Source of the DNA: Eledone cirrhosa
Taxonomy: Eukaryota
Assembly: GCA_964016885.1 (NCBI GenBank)
Contig: OZ024745.1
Location: 105,462,001 to 105,526,000 of the forward strand
Length of the DNA: 64,000 nucleotides
Direction of reading: 5' to 3'
The notes under the pieces were generated by a model. The model made no database searches. It had not been told where the DNA came from and was given only the letters and a program-made list of their open reading frames with translations. Position 1 is the stretch's first letter. The number at the start of each line of letters is the position of its first letter. This document shows positions 46,392 through 58,661 of this stretch, one piece after another. The position numbers and the translations under genes are program-made.

Positions 46392-46446
46392 TATTTTGTC
46401 TGATGAGGACATACTGTTGTACATCCGAAATATGTATAATAAAATG
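46392..46446 (+). ncRNA. Type I hammerhead ribozyme motif
   Basis: tattttgt CTGATGA ggacatac tgtt gtacatcc GAAA TATGTA TA ataaaatg. Confidence 0.82.
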
Positions 46447-46619
46447 TAATTGATCAAAAGAACATCTATTTTATTAATACTTATATTTTAATATTAATAA
46501 CTCCAGAAAATAATTTTGTTACCGTTGAGTGCTTCCAATCTACTGTAAAACTCATTCTTTAACATAATCATTGAATATTGTTTAACAATTTAATATATAT
46601 ATATATATATATATATGTA

Positions 46620-46699
46620 CAAGCTGTCCCCAAAAAATTGTATACAAACTTCAACAGCATTCTAATAAATATGTATATACATTTTTGGGGGACATCCTG
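46620..46699. mobile_element. Tiny Tc1/mariner-type MITE
   Basis: TA|caagctgtccccaaaaa..tttttgggggacatcctg|TA. Confidence 0.65.
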
Positions 46700-47091
46700 T
46701 ATATATGTTTAGCAGCATAAGATCCTATCTTTCCAATACATAAAAATAATGCTACATCGCTTACAATAAACTAATCAAATTTGCGACACGATATTATCAT
46801 ATTTTAATCTAAACATACGCACACGCACACACTCATACACATACGTGCACACACACTCACACATACGCACAAGCACACATATATTGGCTTTGGGTGGATT
46901 AGGTGGGTTAGTTTTCTGTTGTTTGAAGGGATGCAATATTTTCGAGGATATCTATTCAAGTATGGGCATGTGTATTCATGCGTACGAATATGTGTTTATA
47001 CGCACACACAAACACGCCCTGACGTCTGTGTGGGCTCATACATATACATATAGATATACGAATACACATCCCTATATGCATACATAAAGGA

Positions 47092-47307
47092 ACGATCGAC
47101 TTTCGTCGAATTGGACCGAGGGAACAATGTTTCCGTTGGTCTTTCCAATTGCTAATACTATCTTTCGGTCGCAACTCCGGGTAGAAGGAGCAACGTGAAA
47201 TAAAGTGTCTTGCTCAAGGACATAACGCATCGCCTGGTCCAGGAATCGAACTCACAACCTTACGATTGCGAATCCAATTCTCTAACCACTCAGCCACACG
47301 CCTTCAC
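47092..47307 (-). mobile_element. Full-length tRNA-derived CORE-type SINE
   Basis: A box TGGCTGAGTGG, B box GTTCGATTCC and core motif on the minus strand. Confidence 0.82.
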
Positions 47308-47340
47308 GATATGCATACATATCACCGAAAAATATCTTTA

Positions 47341-47825
47341 AATAATTGTTTCTACTTTTGGCACAAGGCCAGCAAATACCCAGTACATTACTGGTACATT
47401 ATTTCATTGACCCCGTAAGGATGAAAGGCAAAGTTAACCTCGGCGGGATTTGAACTCAGACCGTAAAGAGGCGTAACTCTATGCTGCAAAGCATAGCGTC
47501 GGACCCTCTACTGATACTGCCAATCCACCGCCCTTTAAATAATATCCACCTATCTTTAAATAATGGTTTCTTATTTAGGCACAAGGCCAGCAATTTTTTG
47601 GGGGGGTAGTCGATGAAATTGACCCCAGTGCGTGACTTGTACTTTATTTTATCGACCCCCGTAAGGATGTAAGGCAAAGTTAACCTCGGCGGGATTTGAA
47701 CTCAGATCATAAAAGGCCGTAACTCTATGTGGCAAAGCATGGCGTCCGACCCTCTACTGATACTGCCAATCCACCGCCCTCACCTATCTTTAAATAATTG
47801 TTTCTACTAATGGCACAAGGCCAGA
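47341..47825 (-). mobile_element. Tandem MetaSINE-like cluster (short-tail, long-tail, stub)
   Basis: Each copy preceded by tatctttaaataat. Confidence 0.85.
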
Positions 47826-48005
47826 TATATAGAATTGTTTTATTCGGAACAGGTTTCTGGGTCGAACGTCATCGAGGCGATGTGTCGGGTTATTTCAATC
47901 ATGTCTGTTTGTCACGCCGATATCATGTCAGATAAGATATCACTCCGAGAATTGGTTTGTACTTCGTTTCTACTTAAGCACGCTGGGACTCACCGCTTTC
48001 TAGAG

Positions 48006-48437
48006 CAGCGGTCGCCAACCTTTCGGACCTCACGCACCACTAAATTCATAATTGTAAATCCCGAGAACCACTAATATGAATATTTTTAAAAAGATAAATA
48101 TATTTGTAAAATAATTGTTTCTACTTTTGGCACAAGGCCAGGCATTTGTAAAATAATGATCAGAGAACTTCCATTTTATTAAACAATACTGAAGCGTACG
48201 TATGTCATACTGTCGATAGATGACACATATGTGTAAAATTATTTCATGGATATTAGTTCTTTACTGAGGAGAAACAATTTTTAGGGGTGTTATAAAATAT
48301 ATTTTAACTGAATATTATTTTTGTTGTATTATTGATAAATCATAAAAATTGAAAATAATTTTCATATTTTTCTGCGGACCACCAAAACTTTCTTTCGGAA
48401 CACCAATGATCCGAGGGCTATCGGTTGGCGACTGCTG
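48006..48437. mobile_element. hAT (Charlie-like) MITE
   Basis: TIRs cagcggtcgccaacc / ggttggcgactgctg; perfect 8-bp TSD ttctagag; nested SINE stub flanked by atttgtaaaataat. Confidence 0.9.
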
Positions 48438-48665
48438 TTCTAGAGAAAAAGCATTGTTGTAATGAATTTAAAAACCTATTGTTCGGTGTGAGTTCGTGTC
48501 CCGGGAACGCCGAGAGTGAATTTTTGCCTTTACATACATTTGGATACATTGATATATAAGCTACAAAATATACGCATAATTTATTTGTAAATTGCACAAA
48601 CTATTTATCTGCTTTAAAACGTGTACAGGACTAAATATATTAATACAGTATCTAATGTCATATAC

Positions 48666-48840
48666 TTGTTTAATACTTTAGGCACAAGGCCAGCAAATAC
48701 CCAGTGCATTACTGGTACTTTATTTTATCGACCCCGTAAGGATGAAAGGCAAAGTCAACCTCGGCGGGATTTGAACTCAGATCGTAAAGGGACGTAACTA
48801 TGCTTGAAAGCATGGCGTCCAACACTCTACCGATACTGCC
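48666..48840 (-). mobile_element. MetaSINE-like SINE
   Basis: Family match. Confidence 0.85.
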
Positions 48841-49485
48841 GTAGAGTAGAACATACATTCACTTTAATACTCGTTTATTTTCTTACACAAGTCCTGTCTT
48901 GGCATGGGCATCTCGATTTTATTCATCGATAGTGTATCAAGTAATACCTTATCCAATGTGTCTTTACTCATAGTCAGATGGTAAGATCTACTTTAAAGAA
49001 ATGTTGACTACTCTATAGACCTGAATATATAGACTTCTTAGCTCAATGTATTAATTTGTATAATTTAGGTATCTCTTAGAAATGTTGCTATTAACACATA
49101 TATAATAAAGATACATATTTGACTGTCATTCCGTATACTATTTATATTTAAAGTGAACATAACTATCAAGCGAGCGAGTTGGTCTCACAAATAGCAACCA
49201 AACCTCTCCCAATCTTCTTTAAAAACGAATGCGGTTGGTGGATATAGCAACAAAAAATCCAACAAATTATGGCATACCGTCTTGCATAATGCAAACTTAT
49301 ATATATGATGGCTGAATGAAGGAAAGGAAAGGAAGATGGTGATAGCTTAAAATCTTTTGATCATAGGTCTGCACTGCCCGGATTATCCTAGGACTAAACA
49401 GCATCATTATCAGAATCAACAATAGATAACTGTCACTGCCACACATAATACATATGACCTACATTCTTTTATGCGTTGTAAAGTA

Positions 49486-50005
49486 AATAATTGTTTCTAC
49501 GTTAGGCACAAGGCCAGCAATACTCCAGTGTATTACTGGTACTTTATTTTATCGACCCCGTAAGGATGAAAGGCAAAGTTAACCTCGGCGGGATTTGAAC
49601 TCAGAATGGCAAGGGCCGTAACTCTATACGTCAAAGCATGGCGTCCGACCCTCTCCCAATACTGCCAATCGACCGCCCTTTACACTGCGTTGTAAAGTAA
49701 ATAATGATTTCTAGTATAGGCACAAGGCCAGTAATTTTTTGGGTGGGTGGGTGGGTGGGGAGGGGATTCGATTACAACTACCCCAGTACGTTACTGGTGT
49801 TTTATTTTATCGGCTCCATAAGGATGAAAGGCAAAGTTAATCTCGGCGGGATTTGAACTCAGGTCATAAAGTGCCGTAACTCTATGCTGCAAAGCATGAC
49901 GTGACGTCCGTTCCTCTACCGATACTGCCAATCCACCACCCTTGTTGTAAAGTAAATAATTGTTTCTACTTTTGGCACAAGGCCAGCAATTATCCCAGTG
50001 TATTA
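49486..50005 (-). mobile_element. Tandem MetaSINE-like cluster (short-tail, long-tail, stub)
   Basis: Each copy preceded by gttgtaaagtaaataat. Confidence 0.85.
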
Positions 50006-50159
50006 TCTGGGTTTATAGGCATCGTTTGCTTGTATTTGTGGATAGCTTGCGTTTGTTCTATATATATATTCCCGTTGGTGTTTAGGAATGCGACGCTCTT
50101 AATATATACGGTTATGATCAAGGAATAAAACACACGGACAAGTTAGTATACATAGAAAT

Positions 50160-50379
50160 ATGATTTCTCGTACAGGCACAAGGCCAGTAATTTAGGGAGA
50201 GGGGAAAAGTCAATAAAATCGACCCCAGTACATTACTGGTGCTTTATTTTATCGACCCCGTAAGAATGAAAGGCAAAGTTAACCTCGGCGGGATTTGATC
50301 TTAGACCGTAAAGGGCCTTAACTCTATGCTGCAAAGCATGGCATCCGATGCTCTGCCAATTCTGTCAATCCACCACCCT
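50160..50379 (-). mobile_element. MetaSINE-like SINE, long-tail type
   Basis: Family match; tagtatacata on both sides. Confidence 0.8.
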
Positions 50380-51050
50380 AGTATACATATAAATATAACA
50401 ATTGCCTATGTTCCATAGGTTCAAAGCGTCTGTAGTCACTAAGTTAAATTCTCATCCACTAAAGTAGCTTTAAATAAGAATAGTTTAAGCAAAGACTGAT
50501 TACTAACGGATAAGTGAATATTTTCATTGACTAAAATAAACATACAAGAATAAATTAACTCACAGAGATTCAACACCCATTACAAACACATGACGTACAC
50601 ATACAGTTCAGTACCTGAATCATGTGGATTCATATTATAGAATGAATGAATAAATTCCCATAAAATAGAGTATAACATGTATTACAGTTAATCATAAATT
50701 CATAAAATATATTTCAAAATCACCAGAATGAAAAAAATGTCTTCCTCAATACATGTACATACACTTGCAAGCTACGCTACGTGTTTTCTAGCTCGTATTA
50801 TCTTTTTTAAAAAATAAATAATAATTATCATATATACATAAGAAAATATATATCACTCTAGTTGAAATATGAATTAGTTTCCCCGTGTTGCAAACATATT
50901 AATCTAAAAACAACAAAGAGAAATAAAACAACGTCGATAACAACAAGAAAGATGTCACACTAATTCTGAACGTATTTTAATTTGTAAACTAACATTTGAA
51001 AATGGAAACTACAGAAACATAAACATATCACACTATATAAACAAAACAGA

Positions 51051-51118
<68 letters not shown>

Positions 51119-51258
51119 ATACTTTGGGAGGGTCATGTTGCCAATAAGAAACACACGCACCATGCTTTCACTTCAATTTATTATATATTTATAAATTTAC
51201 AAATTTATAAATTTCTGGTTGGTTGGTTGGTTCCACAACCAGATAGTTGTTTATATAT

Positions 51259-51303
51259 AGTCATAGTTCTTTCGTCACACACTCTGTGACCTCTTCAGTG
51301 ACT
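51259..51303 (-). ncRNA. Hammerhead motif (inverted arm)
   Basis: Reverse complement of 51942-51986. Confidence 0.82.
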
Positions 51304-51941
51304 GGGGATTCCTTTCTTTCTTTCTGTGCCTCTCCTTTGTTCTGTCCTACGCCATTTTGTTTCTGTGTGTGTGTTGTGTGCTCAGTCTGCGCATGCGCCA
51401 CATCCGGGTGTCTGTGTGTGTTTATGTTCATTTATTTATTTGTTTATTTACATGTTACTGGTTGGTTGTTTGTTCTATGTGTGTGTGTGTTTTCATTTTG
51501 TCCTTAATTGTAAGTTGTGATGTTGCTGTTCCACTCATTTTTTCTATTTAATTTTGGTTAGAGTTCATTTATGTTTATTGCCTCTGTAATTTGTCTAAAC
51601 ATTGCGTCTTTTCTGTGTGTACATTCTATTTTTATTTCTATGTTCTCTAGACAAATTACAGAGGCAATAAACATAAATGAACTCTAACCAAAATTAAATA
51701 GAAAATATGAGTGGAACAGCAACATCACAACTTACAATTAAGGACAAAATGAAAACACACACACACATAGAACAAACAACCAACCAGTAACATGTAAATA
51801 AACAAATAAATAAATGAACATAAGCACACACAGACACCCGGATGTGGCGCATGCGCAGACTGAGCACACAACTCACACACAGAAACAAAATGGCGTAGGA
51901 CAGAACAAAGGAGAGGCACAGAAAGAAAGAAAGGAATCCCC

Positions 51942-51986
51942 AGTCACTGAAGAGGTCACAGAGTGTGTGACGAAAGAACTATGACT
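51942..51986 (+). ncRNA. Type I hammerhead ribozyme motif
   Basis: agtca CTGAAGA ggtcaca gagtg tgtgac GAAA GAAC TA tgact. Confidence 0.85.
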
Positions 51987-52188
51987 ATATATAAACAACT
52001 ATCTGGTTGTGGAACCAACCAAGCAACCAGAGATTTATAAATTTGTAAATTTATAAATATATAATAAATTGAAGTGAAAGCAACTGGTGCGTGTGTTTCT
52101 TATTGGCAACATGACCCTCCCAAAGTATAACAATATCGGTTTCAACACACGATTTCAGATAAAGAATCTTGCTAAACAAATTCAGAAA

Positions 52189-52220
<32 letters not shown>

Positions 52221-52222
<2 letters not shown>

Positions 52223-52405
52223 CAAAGGAATTGTGGTAAGGAACCAGATGGACCATAACGCACCAGAGTACTCAATACTTAGGGTAGTAGAGTGGGAAAT
52301 AGGAAAAAGTATGACCCCGACGGCAGAGCTAAAGCCGTTTCGACGGCTATTTCTGGAAATAGCCGTCGAAACGGCTTGAGCTCTGCCGTCGGGGTCATAC
52401 TTTTT

Positions 52406-52408
<3 letters not shown>
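52221..52408 (-). mobile_element. Family B pLTR-like foldback
   Basis: As 6266-6463; hairpin at 52268-52293. Confidence 0.75.
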
Positions 52409-52442
<34 letters not shown>

Positions 52443-52446
52443 AGAG

Positions 52447-52592
<146 letters not shown>

Positions 52593-53137
52593 GAGAGAGA
52601 GAGAGAGAGAGATGCAAACTGTTTAAATGTTTAAATATACATTATCAAAGCAAGCAAATTGATGTAATAACAAACAGAAATTATTTAAGAGAAAATGATA
52701 TAATGATGAAAAATATATCTAAGAACTATAATATATCAATAGTTAAAAGATGAGATAATTTGGTTGTGTATTTCTGTTGATGCAGCATAAACATTTTCAG
52801 CTATACATAAGGATTAATGCATATGTACAGTTTCAAGAGAGGTGAGTCAACGAAAATGTGTCTCGGTTCCATTTCCGTGTTTGAAAATTTTAAATATGAA
52901 ACTATATGTATTTTAGAATATTATCTAGTCAATGCCATGAAGTAAAACTTAATCAATAATCTTCTAAACAAGTGAACAATTAAAAGTGTCATATATACAT
53001 ATTTTCTATTGTGCTGTATCTACGTGGTAGGGTTTCATATATATAACATACTGAGTTAAACAAACGCGATTAACTGAAATTATGTAAACTAATAGACAAA
53101 ACTTCTCCCCACAAAAAAGGCAAGGGAGATAACCCAA

Positions 53138-53323
53138 ATAATTGTTTCTACTTTTGGCACAAGGCCAGGCCAGCAATTACCCAGTGTATTACTGGTCCTT
53201 TATTTTATCGACCCGGTAAGGATGAAAGACAAAGTTAACCTCGACGGGATTTGAACTCAGACCGTAAAGGGACGTAACTATGTTGGAAAGCATGGCGTCC
53301 GACCCTCTACCGATACTGCCAAT
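53138..53323 (-). mobile_element. MetaSINE-like SINE
   Basis: Family match. Confidence 0.85.
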
Positions 53324-53443
53324 TCAACGCAAATAATAAAAGCCAATCGAAACTTCCTCGTCACCCTCCGAGACTATGTCTCCTCCATCCTGTCCACTGG
53401 GACCACGACCCGAACTAACCCTTAAATAGTGAGTAGTAAATGT

Positions 53444-53515
<72 letters not shown>

Positions 53516-53799
53516 CCCTCCGTCTCTCCCCCTATCTCTCACACACACATACACAGAATCTATATGGACTATACAAATTAAATAGAATTTAGTGTTTATG
53601 GTCAACTGGTAAAGAAACTGACATCTTTCTGTTTTAGTAGACTAACTAAGCGATGCGTATCATACTTAGTTGATACGACTCAGAGTCTTATATTTTGTAC
53701 GGATTTTACTGCGTCAATATGTATATATATGAACGAAAGGATCCCCTCTCATCACACTCCGTAAATAAACCGTAACTCATACCACCCCTAACTACAGAG

Positions 53800-54912
53800 G
53801 TCAAACAAGTTCACCCAGAACCCTGAATGATGGCTTTCCTCAATGTTCCATTCTCGCACCAACGCTTTTAACATCTACATGAGTCATATGCCCAGGGCAA
53901 CTACGAAGAAATTTACATATGCAGATTACCCTGTCATGGTTACTCAATCTACTGACTTTGACAAACTCAACATTACACTCAGAAGATCTGGAGAAGATGG
54001 GGTACTATTGCTCCTACTGGCGCTTTCGGCTCAACCCAAGCAAGACCACTGTGAGAGCCTTCCATTTCAGCACCAGACAATCTAGGACAGAACTCAAGTT
54101 CTCCATCTGTGATAGACCTGTCAAGAATGAATCATGCTCCAAATATATTGGGGTAACATTGAATTGCAGCCTGACCTACCGAGAACACCTAAAGAGGATT
54201 GCTGGAAAGATCAAGATCAGGATAAATACCATCGGCAAGTCAGAAGGAAACAGCTGGAGCTCTGATGCATACACACTCCAAACTGCGTACTTAGCATTTG
54301 CATACTCAGTTGTAGATTACTATTCACCAGTCTAAGCTAGGAGCTGCCATGCCAAACAACACGGCAATGAGAAAATATCTAACACGCTGAAATCTACACC
54401 TATGTACTCACTGGCTGCCTACATTTTCTCATATAGCTCCTTCTCACTTGCGGGACAGGAGATGATCCGCGAAACAGCACTTCTTACCAAATCTAAGCCC
54501 GAACTGCCATCCATGAAGAACTGGAAAACTTTTCCAGCATGCGTGTGAAATCACGCAAAACATTCTGGGAATCCATCAAGACGCTTCAAGACAATAATTT
54601 TTGTCTGAAGAAAGAATGGCGAACATATGGAATGAGTCACCTGATATTTGCCACCCAGGACCTCATATCTAAACCAGGCTGCTTTGACCTTCCTCGAAAG
54701 CAATAAGTATCCCTCAATCGGATCTGCATAACACACACTAGGTCAGCCCATCATCTTCAGTGGTGGAATATGAAAGACAGCTCAGCATATGACTATGGGG
54801 ACTCTGACCAGACAGTGGTGAATGCTGTTCAGGATTGCCCCCTTGACGTTTTCCCGGCGGCATGGAGGCAATCGGTAATACTACAAATGATGCCTTAGTC
54901 TGTCTCAACAAT
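53800..54912 (+). mobile_element. Decayed 5'-truncated LINE (Ingi/Vingi-like, I group)
   Basis: FNIYMS, KFTYAD, RLNPSKT, KYIGVTL, W.SDA.TL..AYLAFAYSVVDY.SPV, degenerate C-terminal knuckle; frameshifts. Confidence 0.75.
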
Positions 54913-54947
54913 CTCTCTCTCTCTGTATATATATATAAATATATATA

Positions 54948-55477
54948 TAAGTATGTATGTATGTATACGTACATACATATATGTATACAGACGTACAGTA
55001 GTATGTATATATATATATATATATATATACATGCACACATATATACATGCACGTATCGGTTTACTGAACATTTATTATAATGCTCGGTTTGTTTGTTTGT
55101 AAACAAACAAACAGCCCGAATTACGCTGTACAGTGTTTAGGCAACCACGTCACCTTTTTGTTCAACACTGACACAGAAACGATGTACTAGTTTCAAGCTC
55201 ATTAGCTATCGTCAGCATCGTCAGTGACGGGGTTGCCTAAACACTGTACGGCGTAATTCGGGCTGTTTGTTTGTTTACAAACAAACAAACCGAGCATTAT
55301 AATAAATGTTCGGTAAACCGATACGTGCATGTAAATATGTGTGCATGTATGTATATATATATATACATACTACTGTACGTCTGTATACATATATGTATGT
55401 ACGTATACATACATACATACTTACATTTAAGTAAGTGCCGTACTAAGAGTGAGAAATGAAATTTCGTTTCATTCTAT

Positions 55478-55482
<5 letters not shown>
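54948..55482 (+). mobile_element. Foldback element (about 200-bp arms) with a hammerhead in the spacer
   Basis: 54948-55153 is the reverse complement of 55224-55423; 3' hairpin ACTTAC..GTAAGTGC. Confidence 0.8.
55179..55221 (-). ncRNA. Type I minimal hammerhead ribozyme motif
   Basis: Minus strand: acgatg CTGACGA tagct aatg agctt GAAA CTAG TA catcgt. Confidence 0.88.
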
Positions 55483-55554
<72 letters not shown>

Positions 55555-55658
55555 TATTGAAATTTCCATTGGAAACAGAAAAGGTCATAGAAATGAAGAG
55601 TGCTCTATGTAAGTATCAGAGCAAAATTTAATGTATAAAAATCAATACAATATAATTA

Positions 55659-55728
55659 CCTCATTACCAGAGGTTTCCCGAATGAGGCGAATATGAAATA
55701 AACGACTTCATTCGTTCGTCAGACGAGG
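55659..55728 (-). ncRNA. Type I hammerhead in an about 180-bp element (55553-55733) between (TA)n
   Basis: Minus strand: cctcgt CTGACGA acgaatga..tcattcgg GAAA CC TCT GG TA atgagg; GCTC..GAGCAC at 55600-55622. Confidence 0.85.
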
Positions 55729-56676
55729 CAAATATATATATATTGTACATATGCCATACGAGAAGAAGATCTGAGAGCCGATAAAAGACAGGTGTTTTTA
55801 TTCTAAACCTAGTTACGAGTTCTAATCTCATCAGAGATTTTGTTCTTGGCTGTTTGAATTACGTTTGTGTTTATCAAGATGGACATCATTTCCTGAGGCG
55901 GCTTGTATCTTGTCTCCATTTATTCAAGTAGTGGTCAGTATTTTACAAATGAATGTTGTTATATGAAATTAAATAAACTACAGAATCAATTACATCGGTG
56001 TAAATTCGTATCAATCAGGTAAAATATTAAGGTAAAAAATATAGTTTTACTATTTCGTACATTTGTATAGATTAATATATGCATTAGGAGGCAGACATCA
56101 AGTTAGACACTGTTACATAATATATACTAGCAGAAATCTACTGTGTGTAATGCTCAGCTATATACACCTTAATTTCAAAAGTAGTTCAGTTGATTGAATA
56201 AGCTGGAACACTTGGTGTCGAAAACGATACACACACACACTATATATATATATGTGTGTGTGTGTATGTGTGTGTGTGTGCGTGTGTTTGAGAGTGTGTA
56301 TATTTATGAATGTGTTTGTGTGCGTATAAATGCGTTGTGTGTGATTACTTGTTTTAATGTCAGCAACGGGTGTACTCAGAATAAAGAAAACGTGACACAA
56401 AGAGTACTGAAACTGTAACCCCACCGTCTTGTCAGTTAAATGAAAAGATCAAAGAATTGGTAATAAAACTAGTTTCAAGGAAACTAGTGATCCTCTGCCT
56501 CGGCAAAATGTAATTAAAACAAGGAATAAATTATATGCCGTGAGGTAGAGTGGAAGAAATGTCATGAGAGAGTAAAAAAAAATCATTGACATACTGAACG
56601 AACGCTCCCAGAAATATTACAAAAACTATAAAAAAATGAAATTAAACTTTTAGAGGAAAAGGCACACATAGTCTTT

Positions 56677-56713
<37 letters not shown>

Positions 56714-57757
56714 GCACTCACAAAAAAAACATACACATAGAGACACTCCCACACACAAGTACACATATTTATTCATTTTCTAACAAATGCAAGAAAGACA
56801 GCAAAATAGGAAAGATTACATGGAAAATAATATTTACAAAATTCTTTGATCGCTAGCACCTCAGCACGCTTGGAAAACATCTGTTACGTAGATACATTGC
56901 GTGCTAAAGCAAGCCCTTGTCTTAGCTAAAGTCTTAGATCGGTTACTTCCAGTCAGTTTAAACAAGGTGCCGATGAAGTGCTGGCTGACTTATAGTCTAT
57001 TAACTCTGATGTAACTCAAGTTTCGGTGTTGTTTCTCACATTATTTCTACTATATAACAACAACCAACTTACCGAGAGTTCCAGCAATGACCCCCACTCC
57101 AAATTTCCGCATACGAACTCCATCTACATGCAACTTAGTAGACACCGCCTTCGAAATCTGCACTGAATCTAACATTGAAAATATTCGTTAGTGGGTTATA
57201 CCATTCTTGTGTCTTTCATCATCACAATGACTCTATCACTACATACCAACATCCTCTTTTCTATAAACACGAGCAGATCATAGTAACGGCAGTCTGCTGA
57301 AACATACTCTCAATAAGTGAGCACCTATTTGATCAACAAAATCACGCGCCAAATAGAGCCGTTGCAATTTGAAATTTTAATCAGTCACCCGATATATAGC
57401 CCAGTGAGAAACAGGTAATATAATAATTAGTATTAAAGTGAAGCTTCAACTTGAATACGTCTGTGTTAATGTGTTGTGTGTATATGCATGTGTATGCATG
57501 AATGGGAGTATGAGCGTATTTCTGTGAATATGTGAAGACCTGCCAACTTCTAAAAACCCAAACGGAGGGTACCATGAAAAAAAGTGCCCCAAAACGAGGA
57601 GAAATGAGACAAAATGGGGAGATTTTACATAATGAAAGCTAAACCCATTTTCAAAAAAGAAGGCATGTCTCACCCACCCCAAAGTGGGTGGCAGATCTCC
57701 CCGTCATACGGGGAGAATTGACAGGTCAGATAGATGTGTATGTGGAAGCAAGTGCTT

Positions 57758-57940
57758 GTGGATTGGCAGTATCGGTAGAGGGTCGGATACCATGTTTTGT
57801 AGAATGGAGTTATGTCCTTTACAGTCTGAATTCAAATCCGGCCGATGTTAACTTTGCCTTTCATCCTTACGGGTCGATAAAATAAAGTACCGGTAATACA
57901 CTGGGATAATTGCTGGCCTTGTACCAAAAGTAGAAACTAT
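57758..57940 (+). mobile_element. MetaSINE-like SINE
   Basis: Family match. Confidence 0.82.
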
Positions 57941-58557
57941 TAATTATAGTTGGAGTAAACGTAAAGAAAAAATAGATCTTTGATAGCCAAAAACATTGAA
58001 AATGATCATTTCTGCGGACATGGAGAGGGCATGTATCACAAAGCATAACATATGTCACATTTGTCAATCTTTAAAGGGGTTGAGGTAACAGGAGAAATGA
58101 AAATAACGACAGGGGTGATTCTCTATAAATTTACCAACAAAATTGTTGGTAAATGTTTTGTATGAATCGTAGTAGATTATCTCCACATTTAAGTGTCGTA
58201 CATAGCTAAGAAATGCGGAATGCTTTTGCAGTTTTGACCACGGCGAGCAGCCCCAATACCACTGCGCCCTATGCCTAGAACACATCACCCTCGCCCTCCC
58301 CATTTCTCTTTGATTCTAGAGCCCTTGCCTTTCTATTCTTTTTCCGTTTTCATAACCACAAAAGACACTTGAATTTTTTTTAATGAACATATAGTCAAAA
58401 AACTTCGATTAGAAATATGAATGACGTGTGTCCAATAAACACACACACACACACAGACACACACACCCGCGCACACACATACATATATGTTCTTGTATGT
58501 GTGTTCGTGTATTTACCCACTCATACCTGTATAGGCACACTCAGACACACACACACG

Positions 58558-58661
<104 letters not shown>

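Larger units (their letters stand above)
46172..46592 (+). mobile_element. Foldback pLTR-like element (about 155-bp arms) in (TA)n
   Basis: Palindrome centred at about 46328; ACTC..GAGTGC at 46500-46532; related to 5848-6222. Confidence 0.85.
51113..52190 (+). mobile_element. Penelope-like insertion with inverted 5' copy (about 485-bp arms)
   Basis: 51113-51598 is the reverse complement of about 51648-52135; encodes the GIY-YIG end RQITEAININEL*; (TA)n flanks. Confidence 0.9.

Noticed and set aside
56850-57300. Very old LINE fragment or host exon
   Set aside because: Only vague similarity; no clear motif or splice support.
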